Source of the DNA: a virus
Lineage: Duplodnaviria; Caudoviricetes
IMG/VR virus record: IMGVR_UViG_3300028591_005215
Location: 215,750-279,749 of that record
DNA: 64,000 nt
Reading direction: 5' to 3' (one strand)
The notes beneath the pieces were generated by a model. That model saw nothing but the letters and a program-made list of their open reading frames with translations. It was not told where the DNA came from and did no database searches. Both the position numbers and the translations under genes were made by a program. Shown here piece by piece: positions 1-10,271 of this stretch (position 1 is the stretch's first letter; each line of letters starts with the position of its first letter).

Positions 1-2
1 AT

Positions 3-191
3 TCTATTTGCGTTAGTGATAGTATTCCTTCTGATTTAAGTAAATGGCAAAAGCTACAGTATAGGGATTTTGAGACAGGTACAGGTACAACTGACTATTT
101 GTTCATTAAACGTATCGGTCAGAATGAGCAAATATATAGGGTATCTAAAACATTAGATAAATATAAAGTTACAAAAAGAGAGGTGAAATAA
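3..191 (+). CDS. Hypothetical protein, 3' end only (runs off the window start)
   Basis: Open frame from position 3 (SICVSDSIP...REVK) to TAA at 189-191, just before the next gene. Confidence 0.6.
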   Translation, partial: SICVSDSIPSDLSKWQKLQYRDFETGTGTTDYLFIKRIGQNEQIYRVSKTLDKYKVTKREVK

Positions 192-199
192 AAAATATT

Positions 200-826
200 A
201 TGAATTATGGGTTTGTACCATCTAAAATGGATGGAACTGAAAAAAAATTTGTTACTGTTGAAGGGTTAGATTTACCTGAATCGTATTCTTATGTTAATTT
301 TTTGCCACCTATACTAAACCAAGGCGAAAGGCCTATTTGCGTACCTTGTTCAATATCAGCACATTTAAATTGGAATAAAAATGTTGATACTGATGGTGAT
401 AATAAAAGGGACAATAATGTTAAGTTACTTGATATTTATGCAAGTAGAACTACAGGTGGGGATAATGGCATGACATTTAAAGATGCTTTGAAATATATTA
501 AACACAATGGTGTACGTTCTGACGCAGGTGTTTTAAAAATTGATAAATATGCCTTAGTAGGTGGTGCTTTACAAATTAAACAAGCTTTATTGCTAAATGG
601 ACCACTTGTTGGTGCATTACCTGTTTATAGTACAGATAAATATTTCTGGCGTGATGAAGGATATTCATCTTTTATGGGTGGTCATGCAATATCAATAGTA
701 GGATATGATAAAAATGGGTTGATAATTAGGAACTCTTGGGGTACATCGTTTGGTGATAATGGTTACACCCATATAAATTGGGATGAATTGAGAACATTTA
801 AAGAAATGTGGACAATTATAGATTAA
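200..826 (+). CDS. Papain-like (C1A) cysteine peptidase
   Basis: NQG..ICVPCS (oxyanion Gln, catalytic Cys), GHAISIVGYD (His), IRNSWG (Asn). Confidence 0.85.
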   Translation: MNYGFVPSKMDGTEKKFVTVEGLDLPESYSYVNFLPPILNQGERPICVPCSISAHLNWNKNVDTDGDNKRDNNVKLLDIYASRTTGGDNGMTFKDALKYIKHNGVRSDAGVLKIDKYALVGGALQIKQALLLNGPLVGALPVYSTDKYFWRDEGYSSFMGGHAISIVGYDKNGLIIRNSWGTSFGDNGYTHINWDELRTFKEMWTIID

Positions 827-928
827 GTGAATATTAATGCCTTGGGTATCAAAATCCAAGGCATTATTGTTTAATAAACACCATAAAATTATATAATTTA
901 GATAATTATAGTTAATAAAAATATTACT

Positions 929-1318
929 ATGGCTAAAATTCAATATTTTGGTATAAAATACCCATTTACAAACAAAGATTTCCAAAAATTCTTTATGGAT
1001 GTAAATAACGACGAAAAAGATAAAGTCAGAAGCCAAATAATGCACGTAATTTTTACACCAAAAGGACAAAGACTCCGTGAGCCAGATTTTGGCACTGATT
1101 TAATTAGATATATTTTTGAGCCAAACGATAATATAACATGGGATGGTTTAAAAAACGAAATAACTGATTCAGTACAACGTTATGTAGATAACGTTATTCT
1201 AAATGACATACAAGTAGCTAAAAGTGATGACGAAGCTAATGCAGTATATGTTAGAATAGACTATTCGGTTAAGCAAGGAAATAAATTATCAAAAGATAGT
1301 ATTGTAACAGAATTATAA
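929..1318 (+). CDS. Baseplate wedge protein, T4 gp25/GPW-like
   Basis: TPKGQRLREPDFGTDL..YIFEP motif, 129 aa, directly upstream of a gp6-like gene. Confidence 0.85.
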   Translation: MAKIQYFGIKYPFTNKDFQKFFMDVNNDEKDKVRSQIMHVIFTPKGQRLREPDFGTDLIRYIFEPNDNITWDGLKNEITDSVQRYVDNVILNDIQVAKSDDEANAVYVRIDYSVKQGNKLSKDSIVTEL

Positions 1319-3321
1319 TGGACAAAAAAATCAATTATTTAGCAAGGAATTATTCTGATTATCGTTCAGAGTTAATAGATTTTAGCAAAAAATATTATCC
1401 TGAGTTATCAGACGATTTCAACGATTCGTCTGTTGGCGCTTGGTTTGTTGATTTAGTATCATCAGTTGCGGATAATTTGTCGTATCATATAGATAGGATG
1501 TATCAAGAGACTAATCCTAATTCTGCAACGTTAAAAAGTTCTATTTTAAACAATGCACGTTCTAACGGGTTGAAAATACCAGGTGCTAAAGCAAGTATGT
1601 GCGAAATTAGGCTAAGTTGCGTTTTACCTGTTAATGATACACAAGAAAATAATCTATCAGCCCCTAATTGGAATTATGCACCTATTGTTAGAAAAAATAC
1701 AATAGTATCGGCAGGTAATTATCAATTTCATTTGACTGAAGATGTTGATTTTGCTGAACAATTTAACAGTGAAAGTTTTTCTAACAGGTCTTATGAACCT
1801 AATAGGAATTCTAACGGGTCAATTACAAGTTATACTGTTTCTAAAACAACTATAGCGGTAAATGGCGTGTCAAGAATTTTTAAAAAAGTTCTTCAATCTA
1901 CTGATATTAAGCCATTTATGGAAATAGTTTTACCAGATACTAATGTAATGAATATAGAATCTATTATATTTAAAGAATCTTCTGATTTTTCTAATGACCC
2001 AGATATACAAGAATTTTATTATGACGAAGAACAGTACAAAGTAGATAAAAATGCTGCAATGACATATAGGTATTTCGAAACTAATTCTTTGGCTGACCAA
2101 TGGAGATTTGGTACAGAATCTAATTTCGATAATAATATTATTAAAGATACCTTAAATCCTGAACTTTATGAAGATTATGCCATAAATGGGGACGATAACA
2201 AAATGGTAAGATATTATAAAGGTAAATGGAAACCTGTCACACAAAAATATATCACTGAATACACTGACAATGGGTACATTAAAATTATTTTTGGTAGTGG
2301 GGTTAATTATGACGAGATACCTGAAGGAAGTAGCAAATATGGTGAATATCGTGCAAGCAAAATTATAAATAATGATATGTTAGGTGTGCTTCCAAGGCAA
2401 GGGTGGACTATGTATGTTTTATATGAAATAGGTGGTGGCTCTGAAACAAATTTAGCAGTAGGGGCAATAAATTCCATTTCATTACTTAATGCACAATTTC
2501 ATAGTGATGGGCTTAGTGATAAAGTAAAAGGAAGTGTATTAACAAGTATGTCAGTCACAAACATATCCCCATCTGTAGCAGGTAAAGATGCACCTTCAAC
2601 TGAAGAAATTAAATATTTAACCAAATACAATAATGCTTCACAGGAACGTTGTGTGACTGTTAAAGATTATAAAACAAGGCTTATGATGATGCCACCTAAA
2701 TATGGTGCACCTTTTAGGTCATCAGCAATTGAAGAAAACAATAAAATCGTTATCAGCTTATTGGGTTTAGATTCAAATGGTAAACTTGATAAATCTTTGC
2801 CAGAAGCCTTAGTTAATAATATTATGGAGTATATGTCACATTATAGGACAATAAACGATTACATCGAAATTAAAAGTGGTAAAATATACAATTTAGGCTT
2901 TTCAGTAGATGTTTTTATTGATAAATCATATAATTCAGCTAATGTCATAGAGAATATTATTAATAAGATAAAAGATTATATGTCAGTTGAAAAACATGAC
3001 ATGGGTGAAGATATTTTCATTGGCGATTTAGAAAAAGAAATAACACTAATAGATGGTGTATTAAGCTTGATTTCTTTAAGGGTTTATAACATTTATTCAG
3101 ACAATAACGGAAATTACAGTACTGATAAAGCGCCTTACCCTTTGTTAGATAATAGTAATGATTGTACACCTAATAACTCACCAACATTTATGATTGGAGA
3201 AAGCGTATACAAGCCTATTGATTTAGACTCTATTGACAGGGTATTGTATAGTGATTATAATTCACAATTTGAAATATTAAACCCTACACAGGACATACAA
3301 ATAAGATGCAAATTAAAATAA
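1318..3321 (+). CDS. Baseplate wedge protein, T4 gp6/baseplate J-like
   Basis: N-terminal YLARNY..YRSELI..YYP..DFNDSSVG...LSYHID, IIFGSG, GGG..N and QERCVTVKDY motifs. Confidence 0.85.
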   Translation: MDKKINYLARNYSDYRSELIDFSKKYYPELSDDFNDSSVGAWFVDLVSSVADNLSYHIDRMYQETNPNSATLKSSILNNARSNGLKIPGAKASMCEIRLSCVLPVNDTQENNLSAPNWNYAPIVRKNTIVSAGNYQFHLTEDVDFAEQFNSESFSNRSYEPNRNSNGSITSYTVSKTTIAVNGVSRIFKKVLQSTDIKPFMEIVLPDTNVMNIESIIFKESSDFSNDPDIQEFYYDEEQYKVDKNAAMTYRYFETNSLADQWRFGTESNFDNNIIKDTLNPELYEDYAINGDDNKMVRYYKGKWKPVTQKYITEYTDNGYIKIIFGSGVNYDEIPEGSSKYGEYRASKIINNDMLGVLPRQGWTMYVLYEIGGGSETNLAVGAINSISLLNAQFHSDGLSDKVKGSVLTSMSVTNISPSVAGKDAPSTEEIKYLTKYNNASQERCVTVKDYKTRLMMMPPKYGAPFRSSAIEENNKIVISLLGLDSNGKLDKSLPEALVNNIMEYMSHYRTINDYIEIKSGKIYNLGFSVDVFIDKSYNSANVIENIINKIKDYMSVEKHDMGEDIFIGDLEKEITLIDGVLSLISLRVYNIYSDNNGNYSTDKAPYPLLDNSNDCTPNNSPTFMIGESVYKPIDLDSIDRVLYSDYNSQFEILNPTQDIQIRCKLK

Positions 3322-3323
3322 CT

Positions 3324-3524
3324 ATGTGTAAAAACTGTAAACGTATTAGAACATATAAAGAACTTAGAACTTCTATAAATAATGGTGAAAAAAAACTTAA
3401 ATTATCGAAATTTATGAAGATAAGGGTTCTTTTAAAACACATAGCATTTACATTTAAGGAAAATGTTATGTTTGCTTATAATTTATTTCGTTATGATGAC
3501 TTGAAACAATGGACAAAACTTTAA
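3324..3524 (+). CDS. Small hypothetical protein with N-terminal CxxC
   Basis: ATG at 3324 (MCKNCK...) fills the gap between gp6-like gene and next ORF. Confidence 0.5.
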   Translation: MCKNCKRIRTYKELRTSINNGEKKLKLSKFMKIRVLLKHIAFTFKENVMFAYNLFRYDDLKQWTKL

Positions 3525-6500
3525 GAATAAAAGCGGATATTGGTAAAGATAAAGTGTTGCATTTAAATATGAAGCAAAATGTTGATTTATTTGAAATATT
3601 ATCTTTACAATTATCCCAAGAAGATGCTTATAAAATACATTCTGCTAATTATGGCGTTATTGTTGGACGAGTATTAGCTAATGATGCATTTGGTATACCA
3701 AATGCAAAGGTTTCTGTTTTTATACCATTGACTGACGAAGATTCACTAAATAATGATTTAGTGAATCTTTACCCTTATAAGGAGGTTAATGATACTAATA
3801 AAAACGGCAAAAGATACAACATACTACCAAATTATTCTGAAAATAAATGCTATAGCAAAGTAGGCACTTTTCCTTCAAAAAGGTTGGTGTTAGACAATGA
3901 TTCTATGTTGGAAGTTTATGACAAATATTATAAATATACAACAACTACAAATAAAGCAGGTGATTATATGATTTTTGGTGTACCTACAGGTAGTACACAA
4001 ATTCATGTGGACATTGACCTTTCTGACATAGGTATCATTTCGCAAAAGCCTAGAGATTTAATATCTAAAGGATATAGCATAAACCAATTCCAAAGCCCAA
4101 CAAAGTTTAATGAAAGTAATACTTTAGATGATTTAGCACAGCTTTACAGTCAAAATGAAACAGTAATGGTTTACCCTTTTTGGGGTGATGAAAATTTCGA
4201 ACAGATTGCTATTTCAAGGAAGGATGTAAGCATACAATATGAATTTACTACATCTTGTGTGTTTTTAGGGTCAGTTATTACTGACAGTAGGAATAACAAC
4301 ATATCATTTGATTGTGACGTAAGTGAAAATATGGGTGAAATGTCACAATTAGTGCCAAACGAAGGCACTATAGAAATGATAAGAAAAACACCTTATGGAA
4401 ATGTAGAAGAATTGGTAATCAAAGGAAACCAACTGATAGATTCAGATGGGACGTGGTGCTATCAAATACCTATGAATTTAGACTACGTTGGAATGGATGA
4501 AAAAGGCAATATTGTGCCTACCAACGACCCTACTAAAGGAATACCAACAAGGGCAAGTGTTAGATTTAGATTTTCGTTAACCGAAAATAGTGATAGTACA
4601 ATATCAAGGCACAAAGCTAAATATTTAGTCCCAAATAACCCTAAAATAAATGATGGTGGCCTACGTTCCCCTATTTTGGTTGACGATGATTATGATAATA
4701 TGTATGAATTTGGTACTAATACACCTGATTCTTGCTTTAGGGATTTATTATGGGATTGTGTATATAGTGTCAAGAATTATATACCAAGAACACAAATAAA
4801 TAATTATTTATCGCAATATTACACAGGTATAAAGGGTGTTAATAAAGAATCGTCTAGCAGCAAAAACATTTTTCCTTACAATAAGATAAGAACAAAAGTT
4901 AATCTTTCTACAAATGAAATATTAAGTAACTTTTGGGATGACTTTTTTAGTGAAAAAGCAGAAGTAAAACAATTCCAATATGTTTTTTGGGATAGCGCTG
5001 TAAATAGAACACAATATCCAGAACTTGACACATATATAGAAAGTGTTCTTGAAGAAGATGACGCAATATCGTTAGATTTCTATAATGATTGGATAAATGG
5101 GTGCTTATATTTTCCATTATGGTATTGGAGGAATAACGCAACTAATTCATTAAATGGCAATGTTTCCTACATTGATACATTTTGCTCAAGCAGTAAAAGC
5201 TATAATAATTTAATTTTAGCTGATACTGGCAATTTGCCAATATGCTTTGAGGGGTATGGTGGACTTGCATCCGATACGATGTATGTTAAAAATCATTTAA
5301 TATATGATAATAATAAGAATGCATTAAATGACGCCCCAAGAACTAATGGCAAATATTCTTTTTTTTATAGAATTTTTAATTATTTTAGAAATTTATATAC
5401 AACATATTTTGATGACGTTGTATATAGATATGATAAAATAATAAACTATATGAAACTGAATAATGGGTTAATTAAAAATGTATTAAATAAAGATGGTATT
5501 AACATATATTATTACAATTCATCGCAATATTCAGAAGGTACTTCTAATAAAATAATTAGAAGACTATATTCAACTGATATTATCCTATTAGGCAGTTTAT
5601 CTGATTCTGATATTAATGGAATACCTAAATTTAGTAACATTTACCCTATGTCATCTTGTAATTTACCGCCTATGGGTACGCATAGTGATGATGAAGGAAA
5701 TAATAGTGTTACGGGTATGCATTGGGGTACATCTAAAGATGATGAAAATATAGACCTTGATGATGAAGGCTATAGAATGAGGAAAGGCTTATTCTTTGGC
5801 ACAAGAAGAAATTGGTACACTTTTTATGAATATATATGGTTGCTTATTGGTAGAAAAGAATACAAAAGTATAATTACTGCATATACTAGCCCCAAAACAT
5901 TTATTAATCTTGAAAGAATTTGCGAACTTGGCGTATCTCTTGATATGCCTATAGCAGATAAAAACGGTGATGGACTAATAACTGTAGATGAAATACAAGA
6001 TAATTATTCAAGGCAAATTTTCTCAACATTAAATTCGAATACACTATTAGTGTCAGATGATTCTGTTAATAGTATCACAGGATACAATTTTTATAAATTG
6101 AAATATCTTTGCCCTTATGATTTTAATGGGTTATTAAAAAACTATAAAGAATATTATGCAAATGATTCAGATGCTACTATACCTGAAGAAGAGAATGGTT
6201 TTGATGAAGTTGACAATGATTATCTTAAATTCAGGTTTGGTGAAACACCTAAGTTTTATATAAAAAGGCCTAATGATGAATACTTTTTCCCTTTATATAA
6301 TAATTCATTTTATTTTTATTTTGGTATTAATGAAGGTAGTACTGCAATAGATAAATTTAAACGTGATTATATAGATGAATGCTTAACCGATTCTGATAGT
6401 ACGTCAAATATGAATGTACAAATAAATTATACTGCATCAACTTATTGTAATGACAATAATGGTGTAGTAACAATAAATTGTACTAATTGTCATAAATTTG

Positions 6501-7039
6501 AATATACATTTGGTGAAAATGTTGGCGTTAGTAGCGATGATAGTAATATAGTAACTATTAGTAATTTAGCAAATGGTACGTATCACACCGAAGTAACTGG
6601 TTATGATTCTAATGGATATAAAGTCGGCAGCTATGCAAATACAATAAAAGTTTATCCTACACCTATAAAATTTGAATTAACTTCAACTAATGGTACAACA
6701 GAAAGTGAAGATGAAGTAGGTTCTATATTAATTAATTACATAGAACTTTATGGGTCTAATCAAAATATCATTGACTTTAATGATAGAAATAATTTTGCAA
6801 CACTTTCTTCTAATGGTGGGAACGAAACTTATAAAGTTAAAGTTATTTTTTCAGGAAATTCTGATTATGATGGAAGATTATTTTTTGATAGTAATTTAGG
6901 CAAAATATTTTTTGTTTTTGAAACTAAAAACATACCTGCTGGAATTTATAGTATTACATTGCAAGAATATTGTGGGGAAAGCCCTACAGAAAATAAACTT
7001 ACACGTAGTATACAAATAAACGATACTGATGGACAATAA
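3509..7039 (+). CDS. Large probable virion (baseplate/tail) protein
   Basis: 1176 aa, overlaps neighbours in the baseplate operon; N-terminal beta-sandwich-like region (GVIVGRV..GIPNAKVSVF, TTTNKAGDYMIFGVPTG). Confidence 0.6.
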   Translation: MDKTLRIKADIGKDKVLHLNMKQNVDLFEILSLQLSQEDAYKIHSANYGVIVGRVLANDAFGIPNAKVSVFIPLTDEDSLNNDLVNLYPYKEVNDTNKNGKRYNILPNYSENKCYSKVGTFPSKRLVLDNDSMLEVYDKYYKYTTTTNKAGDYMIFGVPTGSTQIHVDIDLSDIGIISQKPRDLISKGYSINQFQSPTKFNESNTLDDLAQLYSQNETVMVYPFWGDENFEQIAISRKDVSIQYEFTTSCVFLGSVITDSRNNNISFDCDVSENMGEMSQLVPNEGTIEMIRKTPYGNVEELVIKGNQLIDSDGTWCYQIPMNLDYVGMDEKGNIVPTNDPTKGIPTRASVRFRFSLTENSDSTISRHKAKYLVPNNPKINDGGLRSPILVDDDYDNMYEFGTNTPDSCFRDLLWDCVYSVKNYIPRTQINNYLSQYYTGIKGVNKESSSSKNIFPYNKIRTKVNLSTNEILSNFWDDFFSEKAEVKQFQYVFWDSAVNRTQYPELDTYIESVLEEDDAISLDFYNDWINGCLYFPLWYWRNNATNSLNGNVSYIDTFCSSSKSYNNLILADTGNLPICFEGYGGLASDTMYVKNHLIYDNNKNALNDAPRTNGKYSFFYRIFNYFRNLYTTYFDDVVYRYDKIINYMKLNNGLIKNVLNKDGINIYYYNSSQYSEGTSNKIIRRLYSTDIILLGSLSDSDINGIPKFSNIYPMSSCNLPPMGTHSDDEGNNSVTGMHWGTSKDDENIDLDDEGYRMRKGLFFGTRRNWYTFYEYIWLLIGRKEYKSIITAYTSPKTFINLERICELGVSLDMPIADKNGDGLITVDEIQDNYSRQIFSTLNSNTLLVSDDSVNSITGYNFYKLKYLCPYDFNGLLKNYKEYYANDSDATIPEEENGFDEVDNDYLKFRFGETPKFYIKRPNDEYFFPLYNNSFYFYFGINEGSTAIDKFKRDYIDECLTDSDSTSNMNVQINYTASTYCNDNNGVVTINCTNCHKFEYTFGENVGVSSDDSNIVTISNLANGTYHTEVTGYDSNGYKVGSYANTIKVYPTPIKFELTSTNGTTESEDEVGSILINYIELYGSNQNIIDFNDRNNFATLSSNGGNETYKVKVIFSGNSDYDGRLFFDSNLGKIFFVFETKNIPAGIYSITLQEYCGESPTENKLTRSIQINDTDGQ

Positions 7040-10000
7040 TAAGATATTTTTACCTATAAATAATAGCAAAAAATCCAATAATTCATCTTTTTATTTGGAT
7101 GTAGATTTATTATCCAATAAAAAGATGTTTACTGACAATAATATTGTTGGAACGATAAATGCATATGATAGGTATAGGTATGAGAGAAAACAAAGTAATA
7201 AAGTAAGACTTACTGTTAATATTAACGCTATATGCAGTAATGTTTTATTTAACCCTGTTACTGAAATAATTAGGTATGAGGGTTCTGACAGTGCAACATC
7301 TATTAACTACGAAACTATTAAAAATGGGAACATAAAGGATAAAGACGGTAGTAACCCTATAAAACCTAAAGATGGTGATGATAAATCATTTGAATGGAAT
7401 TCATATCAAGCAGTGCGTGATACTCAACTATCAAATGGAGATTATGGGTTTACTTATCATTGCGGTACTGATATTTTTAATAATCATTTATTCAGGAACA
7501 ATTCTTTTAACCTTGTATTATATAACGATGATAAAAAGTCTAATATAGATGAAACATTTAATACAATAGATGATTGGATGCGTAACGAAAAAGGTGAAAT
7601 TATTAAAAGGGGTTTTATTGCTGAAGAAGATGGTAATATTATATATTCTATAACAGGACTTTATATACAAGCAGAACCGCACCTTAAAAATGGGGTTGTT
7701 GATTATCATGATATGTACTGCACGTTTAATATTAATATTTTTGCATCAAAAAATATAAAAAATTCTCCAGAGAATACATTATTTGGCAAATTTTTTATTA
7801 GTGATGATGGAAAAAATGAAAAATACGAAGTAGAATATCATTATACTGGTTTTGAATTAAAAGAAAATAAAGAAACAACTTTATTAATACAAGATGTATA
7901 TGTAGGCTCTACAACAAGATGGGATAAGTTAAATTTCGGAATGGATGACAATTATTCTGACTATGCTTTGTCAGTTAATTCCAGAATTGAAAATATGTAT
8001 AACAACAAATATCCAGTGTCTTATTATTTAAAAGATTCGTCAGCATATAAGAAATTTTACAAGCAATCACATCTTTATCAAAAAAACGGCTTTAATAGTT
8101 TTGATAACTCATTAAAAAATAACTTATTAGAAGTCAACGGGTGGTTTGGTTTTAAAAATAAAGGAAAAATTCAATTAAAAAATTGCACTGTATTAAATAG
8201 CAGTAAAAAATTACCTATATATAATGTTATTAATAACAAATTGAATGGCGAATTTATTGATATGTATCCAGAACGTGATTTATTTTCATTCACACCGAAA
8301 TATAATGAATATAGGAATAGAATAGAGCCTAATTGGGACTATTGCTTGACATATCCTAGTTCGTCTACAACTGAAGGTATTAGTTTTATTAATAGTGAAA
8401 TTAATAGCCTTAAAATAGAAGTATTTAATGAAAATATTAAAGATGATAATGGTGTTGATGTAATAACTTTTTATTCTGTTTCACAGCATGGTTTAAGTGA
8501 AGGCGACTATGTAAACATTTATTCAGATAATGAATTGATTATATCAAATGCCACAGTTTCATTAGTATATAGTAAATATATATTTCAGATATACAGAAAT
8601 GGAGTGACAATTTCGAATAAATGGTATGAACTGAAAGATGAAGATACTAAAGGAAATACATTAGTTGTTGATGGCATAACATATTTTAAGAACCAATCTC
8701 TAAACAATGTTAGATATGTAGAAACATATGAATCCAAGAACTATGTATATTGTGCCGTTCCTGATACTAATAAAATTTCATTGGACAGAACTACTACTAA
8801 CATTTCTTTCAAAAAAGTTGTAAATGGTATTGAATGCAATTATTATGTAAGAATTTTTTCAAAAATACCTAATTTTAAGTTTTCTGACATCGAAATAAAT
8901 GATAAAACACTGTATGATAATGATAGTACATTAATAGCTGATTATTCTAATAGTGATAATATGTTCGAAAGTCACATAAATAAATTAGGATTTTCAAAGA
9001 ATATATATGGTGATAGCATAAATGAAATCGTTTTTACTGATGATATAGATTTGTCATATTTAAAAGATAATCTTGGTAGACCATTAAGTGATATTTATTT
9101 GTCAATATTTAAGCGTAATAAAGGATATAAAAAATGGTATGGAATAGATGACTATGGCAATCCTACAGAATGTAATACAAAAGATAGCGAAATTGAATAT
9201 TCACACTGCTTCGGTAAAAATAGCTGTGGTTTTATTTTATCAGATGAGTCATCGGATGATACAAGATATGAAGATGTACGTTCAATATGCACTACAGGTA
9301 AAGAAGGTGTTATAATGGGTGTGATAAACAAAGATGCAACTAAAAGATATGGTGCTGATGAAATAATCTTTGATGCTGATAAAAATTTCTATGGAGATTT
9401 ATGCTATTATTCACCTACTGATGCTAATGAGGTGTGTATACAGCCTATATTCAATAGATTTAATACAGCGCAACGTGAATTAACAAAAAGCAATAGTATT
9501 GCTTACAAATCATTTAGTTCATTTACATATGATGAAATAATAAATGATGAAGGTCACACAAGAGAACCGTCATCAACATACCATAAAAATCATTCAGAAC
9601 AGAGGATTTATAACCCACTTACAAGGGATGAAGGCTATTACTATAAAGCGCATTATAAAATACCTGTTAAGACTATTTCAGCAGATTTAAGCAAAGAAAA
9701 AGCTATAACACATACAATTTTATCTTTAGAATATCAAGATGATGAATTAATAATATATACTGACGATGTTAATTATTTTTCCATTAATGATAAATTTACT
9801 ATATACGATAAAATTGATAATGTATTGTATAATGGCATAGTTTCAAAATTAATTACTGATAAAAAATTTTTGTGCTATATTTTAGATGAAAATAATATTG
9901 ATGTCAAATTACCTTATATAAATGATATATCAAGATATATATTATTAACACGTGATGATACAACCCCATCATATGCAAAAATAATTAAAGATGGCTCTTG

Positions 10001-10271
10001 CGAATTTTATTGGCGAGATGTTATACAAAACGGCTTTGATGATAATTCAAATGTTGAAGAATACCCATTTACAAACAATGCGTTATATATCAATAGAAAT
10101 ATAAATTTTTATTTGAGAAGACAAGACGCTGATGGTAGCTTAGGATTAAATTATAACTATAATGTTAGTCAAAGTAATAATTACACATTATCTTATGAAT
10201 TTGATTCTGAAAAAATGCCAGAAGAAATTGAAGATAACTACACATCTGAAGAAAATTTGAAAGAATGCTAA
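7029..10271 (+). CDS. Large probable virion structural protein
   Basis: 1080 aa, translationally coupled within the baseplate cluster. Confidence 0.55.
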   Translation: MDNNKIFLPINNSKKSNNSSFYLDVDLLSNKKMFTDNNIVGTINAYDRYRYERKQSNKVRLTVNINAICSNVLFNPVTEIIRYEGSDSATSINYETIKNGNIKDKDGSNPIKPKDGDDKSFEWNSYQAVRDTQLSNGDYGFTYHCGTDIFNNHLFRNNSFNLVLYNDDKKSNIDETFNTIDDWMRNEKGEIIKRGFIAEEDGNIIYSITGLYIQAEPHLKNGVVDYHDMYCTFNINIFASKNIKNSPENTLFGKFFISDDGKNEKYEVEYHYTGFELKENKETTLLIQDVYVGSTTRWDKLNFGMDDNYSDYALSVNSRIENMYNNKYPVSYYLKDSSAYKKFYKQSHLYQKNGFNSFDNSLKNNLLEVNGWFGFKNKGKIQLKNCTVLNSSKKLPIYNVINNKLNGEFIDMYPERDLFSFTPKYNEYRNRIEPNWDYCLTYPSSSTTEGISFINSEINSLKIEVFNENIKDDNGVDVITFYSVSQHGLSEGDYVNIYSDNELIISNATVSLVYSKYIFQIYRNGVTISNKWYELKDEDTKGNTLVVDGITYFKNQSLNNVRYVETYESKNYVYCAVPDTNKISLDRTTTNISFKKVVNGIECNYYVRIFSKIPNFKFSDIEINDKTLYDNDSTLIADYSNSDNMFESHINKLGFSKNIYGDSINEIVFTDDIDLSYLKDNLGRPLSDIYLSIFKRNKGYKKWYGIDDYGNPTECNTKDSEIEYSHCFGKNSCGFILSDESSDDTRYEDVRSICTTGKEGVIMGVINKDATKRYGADEIIFDADKNFYGDLCYYSPTDANEVCIQPIFNRFNTAQRELTKSNSIAYKSFSSFTYDEIINDEGHTREPSSTYHKNHSEQRIYNPLTRDEGYYYKAHYKIPVKTISADLSKEKAITHTILSLEYQDDELIIYTDDVNYFSINDKFTIYDKIDNVLYNGIVSKLITDKKFLCYILDENNIDVKLPYINDISRYILLTRDDTTPSYAKIIKDGSCEFYWRDVIQNGFDDNSNVEEYPFTNNALYINRNINFYLRRQDADGSLGLNYNYNVSQSNNYTLSYEFDSEKMPEEIEDNYTSEENLKEC

